A stretch of 64,000 bases of DNA. Source: Thermodesulfobacteriota bacterium. GTDB taxonomy: Bacteria; Desulfobacterota_D; UBA1144; Nemesobacterales; JAJCZQ01. This document shows positions 21,993 to 32,278 of this stretch, in pieces. The translations under genes were made by a program, and so were the position numbers. The stretch spans positions 1,024,001-1,088,000 of the forward strand of contig CBDBDR010000017.1 in NCBI GenBank assembly GCA_965203965.1, given 5' to 3'. The stretch's first letter is position 1; every line of letters starts with the position of its first letter. Below the pieces are notes generated by a model. The model did not search any database. It saw nothing but the letters and a program-made list of their open reading frames with translations, and had not been told where the DNA came from.

Positions 21993-22068
21993 TATTTTTT
22001 GCAAATCTATTAATGTTTGTAAAACGAAAGACAAATATGACTACAAGATTTGCAATGTTTGCCATTGT

Positions 22069-22383
22069 TTGAAACCAGTAAAACAATTCAGTCGCAATCA
22101 AAATAATAAGCACGGCACAGTTCGCAGATCTAGTTGCATGAAATGTAGAACTGATATAGACAAAAGAGCACCCAAGAGCAGTCAAGCAAAGCGGATGGAG
22201 AGGAAACGACCAGCGATAGGTGACATTTCAGGTGCCCAATTTGTAGAAAGAGGTCTATTGTCAGTAGCACGGCAAAAGTTGTTGCTGACCATAACCACCA
22301 TACAGGCGACATTAGGGATTTTATTTGTGATAGTTGTAATACTGGGTTGGGACGATTTAAAAATTGTGAAAATTATCTTATGA
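22069..22383 (+). CDS. possible small hypothetical membrane protein (start uncertain)
   Basis: Only + strand ORF in a 430-bp gap; hydrophobic C-terminus; no family recognised. Confidence 0.3.
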   Translation: MKPVKQFSRNQNNKHGTVRRSSCMKCRTDIDKRAPKSSQAKRMERKRPAIGDISGAQFVERGLLSVARQKLLLTITTIQATLGILFVIVVILGWDDLKIVKIIL

Positions 22384-22422
22384 ACGCTGTAACTTATCTA
22401 AAACAAAGGGATACATTTTTTA

Positions 22423-23460
22423 ATGAGTAATGAGGAAAAGTTAAAAGAGTTTCAGGACATTGTTAGGGATATTAAAGAGGCCGATTTACCAACTATCAGC
22501 GATGAAGTATCGTTGCAACAGTTAAAATCCAAGTATCTTGGCAAAAAAGGCATCGTTACTGATATGCTCAAATCCATGAGAGATTTGCCGGACGAGCAAA
22601 AAAAGGAGTTCGGCAAAACTATAAACTGTGTTAAAAACAGTATTGAAACCCTCATAAATGAAAAGCATAACGAGCTGAAGGAAAAGAAAAAAGCCAGCTC
22701 ACTCGCCAAGGATCAAATAGACGTAACTTTACCTGATCGCGGACCTGCTCTGGGAGCCAAACATCCAATATCAAGAGTTACGGACGAGATAGTTTACACT
22801 TTTGAAAGAATGGGCTTTAGTGTGGCTGAGGGACCCGAAGTGGAACTTGATTACTACAATTTTGAAGCATTGAACATACCTAAAAACCACCCAGCAAGAG
22901 ACATGCAAGACACTTTCTATATATCGGATGACGTAGTTTTGAGAACGCATACATCACCGGTGCAAATCAGGGTGATGGAAAGACAACCACCACCAGTGAA
23001 GATAATTGTTCCCGGTAAGGTTTACAGGTGCGATAGCGATATTTCTCACACCCCTATGTTTCACCAGATTGAAGGACTATTTGTAGATAGGGGAATAACC
23101 TTAGGCAATTTGAAAGCAGTCGTGACCCAGTTTGCCCATCTCACCTTTGGCAAGGATACAAACGTTCGATTCAGACCGAGTTTTTTCCCGTTCACAGAGC
23201 CAAGTGCTGAAGTAGATATAGAATGCACAATGTGTAAAGGAAAAGGATGCCGTGTGTGCAAGCAAACAGGCTGGCTTGAGATAATGGGCTGCGGAATGGT
23301 TGACCCCGAAGTTTTTAAAGCAGTAGGTTATGAGCCGAAAGTATATACAGGTTTTGCTTTCGGCATGGGAATTGAAAGAATTACAATGCTGAAATACGGC
23401 ATTAATGACATAAGGTTGTTTTTTGAGAATGATCTGAGATTTTTAAGGCAGTTTGTTTGA
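22423..23460 (+). CDS. pheS: phenylalanine--tRNA ligase alpha subunit
   Basis: HPARDMQDTF, LRTHTSPVQ, FPFTEPS, GFAFGMGIER. Confidence 0.98.
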   Translation: MSNEEKLKEFQDIVRDIKEADLPTISDEVSLQQLKSKYLGKKGIVTDMLKSMRDLPDEQKKEFGKTINCVKNSIETLINEKHNELKEKKKASSLAKDQIDVTLPDRGPALGAKHPISRVTDEIVYTFERMGFSVAEGPEVELDYYNFEALNIPKNHPARDMQDTFYISDDVVLRTHTSPVQIRVMERQPPPVKIIVPGKVYRCDSDISHTPMFHQIEGLFVDRGITLGNLKAVVTQFAHLTFGKDTNVRFRPSFFPFTEPSAEVDIECTMCKGKGCRVCKQTGWLEIMGCGMVDPEVFKAVGYEPKVYTGFAFGMGIERITMLKYGINDIRLFFENDLRFLRQFV

Positions 23461-23491
23461 CGCAGACTTCCGCAGGAATGGTGGAGAGGTA

Positions 23492-23541
23492 ATTCCCCTT
23501 CTCTGAAGGGATGGCAGTCTGAAAGGACTGACGGGGTAGTC
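23492..23541 (+). repeat. REP-like double-hairpin element, single copy
   Basis: ATTCCCCTTCTCTGAAGGGATGGCAGTCTGAAAGGACTGACGGGGTAGTC between convergent pheS and coaE; matches the units at 45269-45450 and 52151-52433. Confidence 0.9.
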
Positions 23542-23577
23542 TCCAAGTCAGGAGGCGGATTTTGCACAGGAATAGGA

Positions 23578-24168
23578 TTATAAAGATTCCCAGATCTTTT
23601 TAACTTGCCCCTCTGTCCTTTCAACATTCCCTGCGTTATCTATTAAAAAATCAGCCAAATCGACCTTCTCTTTGTTACTAAACTGCGACCGTATTCTTGA
23701 AAGTATCTCTTCGTCTGTGAGATTATCTCTTTCTTTGATCCTCTTTAGCCGTGATCTTTCATCAACTGAAACAACGATCAACTCATCAACAAGACTTAAC
23801 AATCCTTTTTTTTCAACCAACAGTGCAGCTTCTATTATCACGACTTTGGCTTTTTGTGACCTGTATTCATCAATTCTGCACATGATTTCATCCCGTATTT
23901 TCGGATGCACTATACCGTTCAACTTCTCCCTTTTGGTGTCATCTTTAAACACCATATCGGCTACCAAACCTCTGTTAAGAGACCTGTCTTCATTCAATAT
24001 CATCTCGCCAAACTCCGATACTAATTCTTTCCATGCGGTTTTGTATGGCTCAACTATCTCTCTGGCAATTTGGTCTGCATCAATTATTTTCGCTCCGAGA
24101 CTTCGGAACATTTTTGCGACCGTGGATTTACCTGACCCTATACCCCCGGTGAGACCAATTATTTTCAT
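23578..24168 (-). CDS. coaE: dephospho-CoA kinase
   Basis: IGLTGGIGSGKST, IIDAD, IVHP. Confidence 0.96.
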   Translation of the reverse strand: MKIIGLTGGIGSGKSTVAKMFRSLGAKIIDADQIAREIVEPYKTAWKELVSEFGEMILNEDRSLNRGLVADMVFKDDTKREKLNGIVHPKIRDEIMCRIDEYRSQKAKVVIIEAALLVEKKGLLSLVDELIVVSVDERSRLKRIKERDNLTDEEILSRIRSQFSNKEKVDLADFLIDNAGNVERTEGQVKKIWESL

Positions 24169-24186
24169 AGTACCCTATAGTGGGCA

Positions 24187-24258
24187 TGGCGACGGGTGGA
24201 TTTGAACCACCGACAAATGCCTTATGAGAGCACTGCTCTGCCCCTGAGCTACGCCGCC
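24187..24258 (-). tRNA. tRNA with CAT anticodon (elongator Met, or Ile2)
   Basis: GGCGGCGTAGCTCAGGGGCAGAGCAGTGCT-CTCATAA-GGCATTTGTCGGTGGTTCAAATCCACCCGTCGCCA forms a cloverleaf; 1:72 paired, so not the initiator; CCA not encoded. Confidence 0.92.
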
Positions 24259-24270
24259 ATTAAAGACTTA

Positions 24271-24299
24271 ATTATAATATCACTATCACAAAACAGCAA
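24271..24299 (-). promoter_or_regulatory. sigma70-type promoter for tRNA(CAT)
   Basis: TTGCTG-17 nt-TATAAT on the minus strand, 12 nt upstream of the tRNA. Confidence 0.6.
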
Positions 24300-24355
24300 T
24301 TGCCAATCACTGGGAAACAGGAAGTTTACAACTACATCACTATTTTTTTGGATAG

Positions 24356-24877
24356 CTATTTCAAAGCAGTGTATGCAGTTTTCAGCTTTTCCTTACTTTT
24401 TATTTCAGTCGCATATTGACAGGCTTTTTTTCTGTCATTGAACTCCCCAACACTGACCCTATACCACTTCTTACCTTTCACTACAGCTTCCGTTACGGAA
24501 CTCGCGTAGCCTCTGTTCTTTAGCGATTTTGACAATCTATGCGCATTGCCCACTTTCTTAAAAGAACCAACTCTAACCGTATATACGGTGCCTGGGCGTG
24601 TTATAGGAACACTGGATACAGCCTTTTCTGGTTTTGAGGGTTTCTTTTTAACAACATCGGATTTTTTAGTAGTATCCGAACCTTTACCTTGTATGACATT
24701 AGGTTCCATTTCCTTAGGAATTGAACTGATGGAATGCTTCTCCTTTTCCTTTTTGTATGAAGCCGCTTTCCTTTCAGTAACCAACTTGCCAACTGTCACT
24801 CCTAAAGCAAAAATCAGAAAGAAAATCAAGAATAAAAATAAACTCTGAAAATCTTTATTTTTGTATCCTTTTTCCAA
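24356..24877 (-). CDS. SPOR-domain cell division protein (FtsN/DedD-like)
   Basis: N-terminal TM helix, linker, YTVRVGSF...WYRVSVGEF SPOR domain; directly after argS. Confidence 0.85.
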   Translation of the reverse strand: MEKGYKNKDFQSLFLFLIFFLIFALGVTVGKLVTERKAASYKKEKEKHSISSIPKEMEPNVIQGKGSDTTKKSDVVKKKPSKPEKAVSSVPITRPGTVYTVRVGSFKKVGNAHRLSKSLKNRGYASSVTEAVVKGKKWYRVSVGEFNDRKKACQYATEIKSKEKLKTAYTALK

Positions 24878-24878
24878 A

Positions 24879-26555
24879 TCACATCCTCCTTGGAGCTTTA
24901 ACTCCCAAAAGTTTAAGACCGTTTTTTATAACCGCCTTTATACATATTATAAGATATAATCTGGCTGATGTTAATTCTTTATCTTCAGTCAGTATTTTAT
25001 TGCCGTTGTAGTAGGAGTGAAAATCAGAAGCCAGTTCTAACAAGTAAAAGGCTATTGTGTGCGGAGAAAGAGACTTGGCACTTGTTAGGATAACTTCTTG
25101 AAAATTCAACAGTTTTTTTGCCAGATAAAACTCCACTTTAAGGGTGAGTAATCCCAGATGCTCATCCATAGGCAAATTCCCTTCTCGTTTTGCCTTAGTC
25201 AGCACGCTTTCTATCCTTGCGTGAGCATACTGTATATAGTAAACCGGATTTTCGTTTGACTCTTTCTTTGCGAGATCAATGTCAAAATCCAAATGGCGGT
25301 CTATACTCCTCATTAAAAGAAAAAATATTGCCACATCCGACCCAACTTCATTAACAACTTCACGCAAAGTTACAAAACTGCCTTCTCTTTTGGACATTGA
25401 AACCTCTTTACCTTCCTTTACAAGTCTTACAAACTGGATCAGAATACAATTAAGTATAGAGTCATCACCGCTAAATGCTTTTATAGCCGATTTAAGCCTT
25501 GAAACGTGACTGTGATGGTCGGCTCCCCAAACGTTAATTAACCTGTTATAGCCTCTTTTTATCTTGTCATAGTGGTAGGCTATGTCAGAGTAAAAGTAAG
25601 TCGGCTCACCATTACTTTTAACCAATACCCAGTCCTGACCGTCTCCGTAATCTGTTGCCTTAAACCAAAGAGCACCCTCGTTTTCATATATGGAATTTTT
25701 TCTCTCCAATTCCTCTTTTACTTCCTCCAGTTTGCTCAAGGCCTCCGTTTCATTATGAATTTCACCTCTTTCACTATACCAACTGTCAAATTCAACCCCC
25801 GCTTTATAAAGATCATCTTTTATACCGTCAAGCAATACTTTGTAGGCAAATTTCGTGCATCGCTCTACCGCTTCAGATTTATCCAAGCCGTTCAGACTGT
25901 CTCCTGATTTAGCTATTAATTCCCTGGCAATTGATCCAATGTATTCTCCCTTGTAACCATCTTTGGGAAGTTCGGCGCCATTAATTCCAAGTAGCTGCTT
26001 GTATTTTACCAGCACTGACTCTCCAAGTAGTCGCATCTGCCTGCCCGCGTCATTTATGTAAAACTCTTTTGTTACCTCATAACCGCAAAACTGCAAGATC
26101 CTTGAGATTGACTCCCCAACGGCAGCGTTTCTTGCATGGCCAAAATGCAGGTAGCCAGTAGGATTGGCACTTACAAACTCTATAAGAACTTTCTCATTGT
26201 TGCCTATGTCCGACTTACCCCAACTATCCCCAGCGGTGTATATCTCCACTAATCCGTTTAGAAATACAGACTCGGCAACTGTAAAATTGATAAAACCCGG
26301 TCCTGCCACCTCAATTTTTTTTAGAAATCGTCCGCCTTCAGACTCCATAAACCCCACAAGCCCAGCGGCAACGTCTCCGGGACTTTCACCCGCTTTTTTT
26401 GGCAATACCAATGCGACGTTCGTTGAATAATCCCCAAACTTCTCATTTTTCGGTATCTCAATATCAAAATCCGGATTGACCGTGTCCATACCATTGTCAA
26501 TCAGATACTTCTCCGCCGATCTTAAAACTATACGCCTTATCCTGTCTTTGATCAT
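24879..26555 (-). CDS. argS: arginine--tRNA ligase
   Basis: EFVSANPTGYLHFGHAR, MSKREG, YYIQYAHARI. Confidence 0.98.
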   Translation of the reverse strand: MIKDRIRRIVLRSAEKYLIDNGMDTVNPDFDIEIPKNEKFGDYSTNVALVLPKKAGESPGDVAAGLVGFMESEGGRFLKKIEVAGPGFINFTVAESVFLNGLVEIYTAGDSWGKSDIGNNEKVLIEFVSANPTGYLHFGHARNAAVGESISRILQFCGYEVTKEFYINDAGRQMRLLGESVLVKYKQLLGINGAELPKDGYKGEYIGSIARELIAKSGDSLNGLDKSEAVERCTKFAYKVLLDGIKDDLYKAGVEFDSWYSERGEIHNETEALSKLEEVKEELERKNSIYENEGALWFKATDYGDGQDWVLVKSNGEPTYFYSDIAYHYDKIKRGYNRLINVWGADHHSHVSRLKSAIKAFSGDDSILNCILIQFVRLVKEGKEVSMSKREGSFVTLREVVNEVGSDVAIFFLLMRSIDRHLDFDIDLAKKESNENPVYYIQYAHARIESVLTKAKREGNLPMDEHLGLLTLKVEFYLAKKLLNFQEVILTSAKSLSPHTIAFYLLELASDFHSYYNGNKILTEDKELTSARLYLIICIKAVIKNGLKLLGVKAPRRM

Positions 26556-26564
26556 TGAAATACT

Positions 26565-27173
26565 TTAAGTTATATGTGAAGTGTCGCTGAGTAACTCAAT
26601 TCTAAAACCTTCGCTACCACAATTAATCACCGTTTTGGAAGTTGCATCAATGTTAAATTCCATAAATGATTTGAGAGATTTACCTGAAATCTTACACAGC
26701 AAAGTAACTATTGTTAAATTATGTGCCACAACAATAATATTCTTTTTGTTGTATTTGCTCATCAGATTGTTAAAAGCCAGCCATGCTCTGCTCTGTACTT
26801 CCGTCAAGGATTCACCCCCTGGTATCCGTACCGTCTCAGGCTCCTCCCTCCACTTTTTAAGCACGTCAGAGTAGTTCTCTCTTATGTATTTGAAATCAAG
26901 CCCTTCAAAATCACCTTGATCCATCTCTCTGAACCTCTCATCCTTCTGCACTTCAACATCGTGGTATTTGGAAATACATTCAGCTGTATTGATTGCTCTC
27001 TGCAAATCGCTTGAAAAAATAGCGTGTATATTCTCATTCCTTAAGGAATAGCCAAGCTCTCTTGCCTGCTTTCTTCCCGTGGAATTAAGGGGGACGTCAC
27101 TTATTCCCTGACACTTACCAAACCTGTTCCAATCAGTTTCCCCGTGTCTTACAAGTATTAATCTCATCAACAA
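26565..27173 (-). CDS. histidine phosphatase family protein (CobC/PspA-like)
   Basis: LVRHGETDWN, SSDLQRA, VVAH. Confidence 0.92.
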   Translation of the reverse strand: MLMRLILVRHGETDWNRFGKCQGISDVPLNSTGRKQARELGYSLRNENIHAIFSSDLQRAINTAECISKYHDVEVQKDERFREMDQGDFEGLDFKYIRENYSDVLKKWREEPETVRIPGGESLTEVQSRAWLAFNNLMSKYNKKNIIVVAHNLTIVTLLCKISGKSLKSFMEFNIDATSKTVINCGSEGFRIELLSDTSHIT

Positions 27174-27200
27174 TTAGCCGTAACTAATCAATTTTCCAAA

Positions 27201-28193
27201 TTAATTAATTTTATTATCCAGAGCAATTTCAAGCCCTTCTTCAAATACCTGTTTGGCAACATCATCGGGAGGAAGTGGAAATGGAGACGAAGATTTAATG
27301 GTCTTTATACAGAAACTATCAAAGACCGAGTTGCCGGAAGACTCTTTGATATTCACTTTTGATAGCACTCCGTTTCTATCCATTTCAAAAAAGATCTTTG
27401 CCACCAATAAGCCATCACGAGGGACACTTTCGGGTATTGTAAAACTGTCCTGTATTTTAGCAGTTACCTTCTTAGTATAATCACCCAGTATAACTTCTCT
27501 TTTACTGATAAACTGCAAGTCAGCTTCTTCCGGGTCAACTTTTTCCTCCCTGAGTTGTTTAATCAACTTATCTTTCTTCAAATCCTTTAGAATTGACTCA
27601 ACCTTTGCTTTTCTTTCAGCCTCTGCCTTTTTCTTAGCTTCTGCCTTCCTCTTGACTTCGGCTTTCCTTTCAGCTTCTACCTTCCTCTTAGCCTCTGCTT
27701 TCTTTTCAGCCTCTGCCTTTTTCTTAGCTTCTGCCTTCCTCTTGACTTCAGCTTTCCTTTCAGCTTCTATTTTCCTCTTAGCTTCCGCCTTCTTTTCAGC
27801 CTCTGCCTTTTTCTTAGCTTCTGCCTTCCTCCTGACTTCAGCTTTCCTTTCAGCTTCTACCTTCTTCTTAGCCTCTGCTTTCTTCTCGGCTGATCGTGCA
27901 GGCTGAAAAGGTATTTGGGGAGTCTGAGTTGATACTTTTTTCTCATGCACGGATTGCTCCGTTTTTTTATCGGGTTCATCTTGTTTAGCAGGCTGAGTTT
28001 CATCTACAACCTGCTCTTTTTCTTCACTAATTGATGCTATGTTAATGTGTTTATCACGGGAGGGAGTATCAGACTTGGAACTATGCAGTTGCATTCCCAG
28101 GGCTATTGCAAGAATTACAATAATAAAATGAAAAAACAAAGATAAGAAAAACCCCCAAAAGTATAAGCTTTTGTTTTTATCTTCTCCTGACAT
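27201..28193 (-). CDS. tolA: TolA-like cell envelope integrity protein
   Basis: S..H TM motif (SLFFH), Lys/Glu/Ala repeat rod, C-terminal SSGNSVFD...PFP domain; follows tolQR. Confidence 0.85.
   Translation of the reverse strand: MSGEDKNKSLYFWGFFLSLFFHFIIVILAIALGMQLHSSKSDTPSRDKHINIASISEEKEQVVDETQPAKQDEPDKKTEQSVHEKKVSTQTPQIPFQPARSAEKKAEAKKKVEAERKAEVRRKAEAKKKAEAEKKAEAKRKIEAERKAEVKRKAEAKKKAEAEKKAEAKRKVEAERKAEVKRKAEAKKKAEAERKAKVESILKDLKKDKLIKQLREEKVDPEEADLQFISKREVILGDYTKKVTAKIQDSFTIPESVPRDGLLVAKIFFEMDRNGVLSKVNIKESSGNSVFDSFCIKTIKSSSPFPLPPDDVAKQVFEEGLEIALDNKIN
27609..27890 (-). repeat. 3 x 90-bp (30-aa) coding tandem repeat in tolA
   Basis: AEKKAEAKxKxEAERKAEVxRKAEAKKKAE three times, plus a partial unit. 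Confidence 0.9.
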
Positions 28194-28201
28194 TTTGGAT
28201 T

Positions 28202-28639
28202 TTAATTCTTACTGGTCGGATTAGTTATCAGTCCTATATTTTGCACACCTGCTTCTTGAATTTTACTCATTAACTCAACTACTTTGCCGTAAGGAATAGA
28301 CCTGTCTGCCTTTAGAAATACTTGTTCTTGTCCCAGTTGTGTGCGGTTACCTGATACAAATTCCCTTACTTTTAATTTTATCTCGGATAAATCGTATTGT
28401 TTCTCTTCTATAAAGAACTCGCCTCTCTGATTGATCGTAATAATGATTTTCTTTTCCTTTTGTAGAGATTGTATCGGTGGTGAAGTTGTTTCAGGTAGAT
28501 TAACGTCTATACCCTGATACAGAATTGGTGTGGTAACCATGAATATAACAAGTAAGACAAGCATTACATCAACGAATGGTGTAACGTTAATTTCAGATAA
28601 AACTGTGCGGTGATCGCCGTTTTGGCTTTTGATTCCCAT
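28202..28639 (-). CDS. tolR: TolR/ExbD
   Basis: SEINVTPFVDVMLVLLVIFMVT, LKADRSIPYG. Confidence 0.92.
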   Translation of the reverse strand: MGIKSQNGDHRTVLSEINVTPFVDVMLVLLVIFMVTTPILYQGIDVNLPETTSPPIQSLQKEKKIIITINQRGEFFIEEKQYDLSEIKLKVREFVSGNRTQLGQEQVFLKADRSIPYGKVVELMSKIQEAGVQNIGLITNPTSKN

Positions 28640-28641
28640 TA

Positions 28642-29385
28642 TTACAACCAGGATTTCTTCAAATATCTCTCTACAATATTCAGAAACTCGGATGCAAAAC
28701 CTTCCATTTCCAAGTTGATTTTCCTGACCTTGCCTATGAAGTAGTTATAAGCAATGGATGCGGGTATTGCCGCTGCAAGACCCATAGCAGTGGCAATGAG
28801 TGCTTCAGCTATACCGGGTGCTACTAATTGCAATGAAGGCACTCCCTCGCCTCCAGCAAGACTCATAAACGACGTCATTATTCCCCATACAGTTCCGAAC
28901 AAACCTATAAAAGGTGCGGTGGTTCCAGTAGTTGCAAGAAAAATAAGGGAACTTTCCAATTTGGATATCTGTGTGGACATTGACCTCTTCAATTCCCTTT
29001 CCACCAGACCGACTATATCAATCTCGGGTATCGTACTACCGTTCTCGCCGTCTTGCTTTTCCCTGCTGGAGATAACTCTGGCTTTTTTGAATTTGACTAT
29101 TTCTCCATAACTATCTCTGAACAGCTCCGTGATCGATCCATCCATCCCCTTTATTGATGAATGTAGCTTACTGTAACTATTGCTTGCTCTATAAATTTGC
29201 AGAAATTTTTTAGTTTCCCTCTCATCCGACCTTATAATGATCCATTTCGAAAAAATAATTGCCCACGAAACAATAGACATTACAACAAGGATCAGCATCA
29301 CTAGTTGAACTACTATGCTCGCAGACGATATTAGGTTAATCACCCCGTCTCCACTTAAAGTGTCTGTTAAAATTTTTGTATCCAT
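28642..29385 (-). CDS. tolQ: TolQ/ExbB
   Basis: TAPFIGLFGTVWGIM, VAPGIAEALIATAMGL. Confidence 0.93.
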   Translation of the reverse strand: MDTKILTDTLSGDGVINLISSASIVVQLVMLILVVMSIVSWAIIFSKWIIIRSDERETKKFLQIYRASNSYSKLHSSIKGMDGSITELFRDSYGEIVKFKKARVISSREKQDGENGSTIPEIDIVGLVERELKRSMSTQISKLESSLIFLATTGTTAPFIGLFGTVWGIMTSFMSLAGGEGVPSLQLVAPGIAEALIATAMGLAAAIPASIAYNYFIGKVRKINLEMEGFASEFLNIVERYLKKSWL

Positions 29386-29546
29386 TACAGTTTGATCTGA
29401 GCTTATAAAATAAGGGAAAACACTGGGAAACTTTACAGTTGAATTGGTCTAAAAGCAAATGATCTGAACCTGCACGACAAGCAAAACTGTTGACCTATAT
29501 TTTATAATTGTTATAGATAAACTAACACTAAAACGGAGGTGCTTTT

Positions 29547-29993
29547 ATGACAAGATATTTAATATCTTTTGCCCTACTGCCACTGCTACTCAACATCATG
29601 CTGGTCGGCAACGGACATACAAAGAAAGATGGTTATAAAACCGTGATTGAGGAAAGCTACTACGTTGTAGATGAGAAAAACAAAGAGAAATTCATACGTA
29701 TCTACAAATCAAGGCTTTTTCCCTTCTGGCAAAAAATGAAGGAAATGGGACTAATCGTAGATGACTACAGAATGTATTCTCAGAGAATACACACTCTGAA
29801 ACCCTTGTGGACGTATAAAACTACGGTGAAATTCAAAAACTATCAAGCAATAGACAAATGGCTTGAGATCAGGGATGAAGTTTATAACAAGATGTTTCCC
29901 GGTGAAGGCGGTTACAAGGGACCGAGAAAAAAGATAAACCTTATCACTGAAAAGCACTGGGACGAGTTCATTAGAGAGATACCCTTGAGGTAA
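29547..29993 (+). CDS. exported hypothetical protein (possibly NIPSNAP-like barrel)
   Basis: GGAGG SD, signal-peptide-like N-terminus; fold is a guess. Confidence 0.6.
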   Translation: MTRYLISFALLPLLLNIMLVGNGHTKKDGYKTVIEESYYVVDEKNKEKFIRIYKSRLFPFWQKMKEMGLIVDDYRMYSQRIHTLKPLWTYKTTVKFKNYQAIDKWLEIRDEVYNKMFPGEGGYKGPRKKINLITEKHWDEFIREIPLR

Positions 29994-30101
29994 TTCTGTA
30001 TAGAACGTATAGAACTAAGTAAGGAAGTTGATTAAAGACAACGGAAGAAATTTAGGGTGCATTAGCCAAGTTCAAATGGTTCTGTGTAACTGGCAAAACC
30101 T

Positions 30102-31121
30102 CTAATTAAAAAGCCCTTCCTGATCCCCGGGACTTTTGATATTCAAGTGCTGGAATGCAAGATGCGTTACTTTCCTACCCCTGGGTGTTTTCTCAATAAA
30201 ACCTTCCCTTATAAGAAACGGTTCGTAAACGTCTTCAATAGTATCTTTTTCTTCACTTATGGCGGCTGCAATGGTATCTATACCAACCGGTCCACCATTA
30301 AATTTTGTAATTATGACCTCAAGAATAGCCCTATCCAGATTATCAAGCCCCTTTGCATCCACTTCAAACATTTCCAAAGCAGATCTTGCAACTTCTCTGT
30401 TTATAACACCGTCAGCCCTCACCTCGGCGTAATCCCTCACGCGTTTCAACAATCTATTGGCAATCCTCGGTGTTCCCCTAGCTCTTGAACTTAGCTCATT
30501 GGCACCTTCATCATTAATCTCAATCTTCAGAAGTCGTGCAGACCTTTGTATTATCTGCTTTAACTCTTCATTAGAGTAATAATCCAATCTCAGATTCACG
30601 CCAAACCTTGACCTCAAAGGTGACGTAAGCAATCCCGTTCTGGTCGTAGCACCAATAAGAGTGAATCTGTTGAGATTTATTTTCATTGATCTGGCAGTTG
30701 GTCCTTCTCCTATCATAAGATCAATAGTGAAGTCCTCCATTGCCGAATACAGATATTCCTCTATAACTCTGTTGAGTCTGTGTATCTCATCTATGAACAA
30801 AACGTCTCTTTCAGACAGGTTTGTCAACATTGAGGCAAGATCCCCTGTTCTTTCAACCACGGGGCCGGAAGTTGAGTGAAAATTCACCTCAAGCTCACTT
30901 GATACAACGTGTGCCAGTGTTGTTTTGCCAAGTCCTGGGGGACCGCACAGGAGCACGTGATCAAGCGCTTCTCCTCTTTTTTTCGCAGCCTCTGTAAATA
31001 TCCTGACATTCTCCTTTACTTTTGGTTGCCCCAGATACTCTTCAAGATTTCTTGGTCTGAGGCTTACATCAAGCACTTCCTCTTGATCCATAGGACTTAC
31101 TACTCTCTCTATCTCTTTCAT
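30102..31121 (-). CDS. ruvB: Holliday junction helicase RuvB
   Basis: [30 protein letters not shown]. Confidence 0.98.
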   Translation of the reverse strand: MKEIERVVSPMDQEEVLDVSLRPRNLEEYLGQPKVKENVRIFTEAAKKRGEALDHVLLCGPPGLGKTTLAHVVSSELEVNFHSTSGPVVERTGDLASMLTNLSERDVLFIDEIHRLNRVIEEYLYSAMEDFTIDLMIGEGPTARSMKINLNRFTLIGATTRTGLLTSPLRSRFGVNLRLDYYSNEELKQIIQRSARLLKIEINDEGANELSSRARGTPRIANRLLKRVRDYAEVRADGVINREVARSALEMFEVDAKGLDNLDRAILEVIITKFNGGPVGIDTIAAAISEEKDTIEDVYEPFLIREGFIEKTPRGRKVTHLAFQHLNIKSPGDQEGLFN

Positions 31122-31149
31122 AGTTGTTCTCTACCCATCACTTCCTGCA

Positions 31150-31737
31150 TCATAATTTCCTCATAATTTTCAGAGACTCTCTCACCAGATCTTCCATATT
31201 TCCCGTTACGGCTGATACCTTGTTCAAGTGATCTCTGTTATCCTCAATTTCATTTCTGGTAAAACCGAGATTCAAAAGCACGGATATGACATCATCCATA
31301 AGACTATTATTAGTGCTTGTGGATTCTTTATAGCCGTGGCTAACAAGTTTGTCTTTCAACTCATTTATTATTCTGCTTGACGTTTTAGCTCCTATTCCCG
31401 GCACTTTTTTCGCCGCTAAATCACCCGTAATAATTGAATTGATTAACTCCTGCGGTGTTATATTGGATAAAATGTTAATTGCCCCCTTGGGACCTATACC
31501 CGTAACTCCAATAAGACACTTGAACAGCTTTTTTTCGCCATCCGTGAGAAAACCAAAAAGCTCAATAGAATTTTCTCTGGCATGGGTATATATATTTAAT
31601 TGCACCTCTGCTCCCATGTCCGGCAGGTTTGAAAACATTGACAGTGGAACCGTAACCTCATACCCCACGCCTCCTACATCCACAATTAGGGATCCTTCAT
31701 ATTTCCCTGCAATTTTACCTCTTAACAGTGATATCAT
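31150..31737 (-). CDS. ruvA: Holliday junction branch migration protein RuvA
   Basis: DVGGVGYEV, GIGPK, VPGIGAKT. Confidence 0.96.
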   Translation of the reverse strand: MISLLRGKIAGKYEGSLIVDVGGVGYEVTVPLSMFSNLPDMGAEVQLNIYTHARENSIELFGFLTDGEKKLFKCLIGVTGIGPKGAINILSNITPQELINSIITGDLAAKKVPGIGAKTSSRIINELKDKLVSHGYKESTSTNNSLMDDVISVLLNLGFTRNEIEDNRDHLNKVSAVTGNMEDLVRESLKIMRKL

Positions 31738-32278
31738 TTAAAGTAAATTGTGAGCGTTTTCTTGTTGATCTGGACTTTACATCTAAATTAGCCAGGTTTG
31801 GATATTTGGAAAAATTAATGTGGCAAAGTGCTATTGCCAGTGCATCCGAAATATCAGCTTTCTCAAAATCATTGATACCAAGCACGTAAGAAAGCATTTT
31901 CATAATTTCAAATTTTTTTGCTCTACCCCTCCCTGTTATGGCAAGTTTTACCTTTGTCGGAGCGTATTCGTAAATTTTCAAACCTTCATTTTCAGCCGCA
32001 AGCATGGCAACCCCTTTGGACTGCCCCAATTTGATTGCACTCTTAACGTTCTTTGCAAAAAACATATCCTCTATTGACATTTCCTGAGGTGAATGTGTTT
32101 GTATCACCTCCGTCAGGGATAAATATATGATCTGCAATCTTTTGGAAAAACTACACAGCCTGGGAGATGTAATTGCTCCGCTTGCAACGTGCCGCAGTGA
32201 ACCGTTATTATTCTCAATAATTCCATATCCGCATGACCTGGATCCCGGGTCAACTCCGATAACTCTTATGCTGTTCAT
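31715..32278 (-). CDS. ruvC: crossover junction endodeoxyribonuclease RuvC
   Basis: IGVDPG, IEDMFF, DISDALAIALCH. Confidence 0.96.
   Translation of the reverse strand: MNSIRVIGVDPGSRSCGYGIIENNNGSLRHVASGAITSPRLCSFSKRLQIIYLSLTEVIQTHSPQEMSIEDMFFAKNVKSAIKLGQSKGVAMLAAENEGLKIYEYAPTKVKLAITGRGRAKKFEIMKMLSYVLGINDFEKADISDALAIALCHINFSKYPNLANLDVKSRSTRKRSQFTLNDITVKR

Noticed and set aside
31715..32278. RuvC-fold gene (and YraN at 36967) as a novel RNA-guided or defence nuclease
   Set aside because: RuvC is in the canonical yebC-ruvCAB context at normal size; YraN is a widespread housekeeping-context family.
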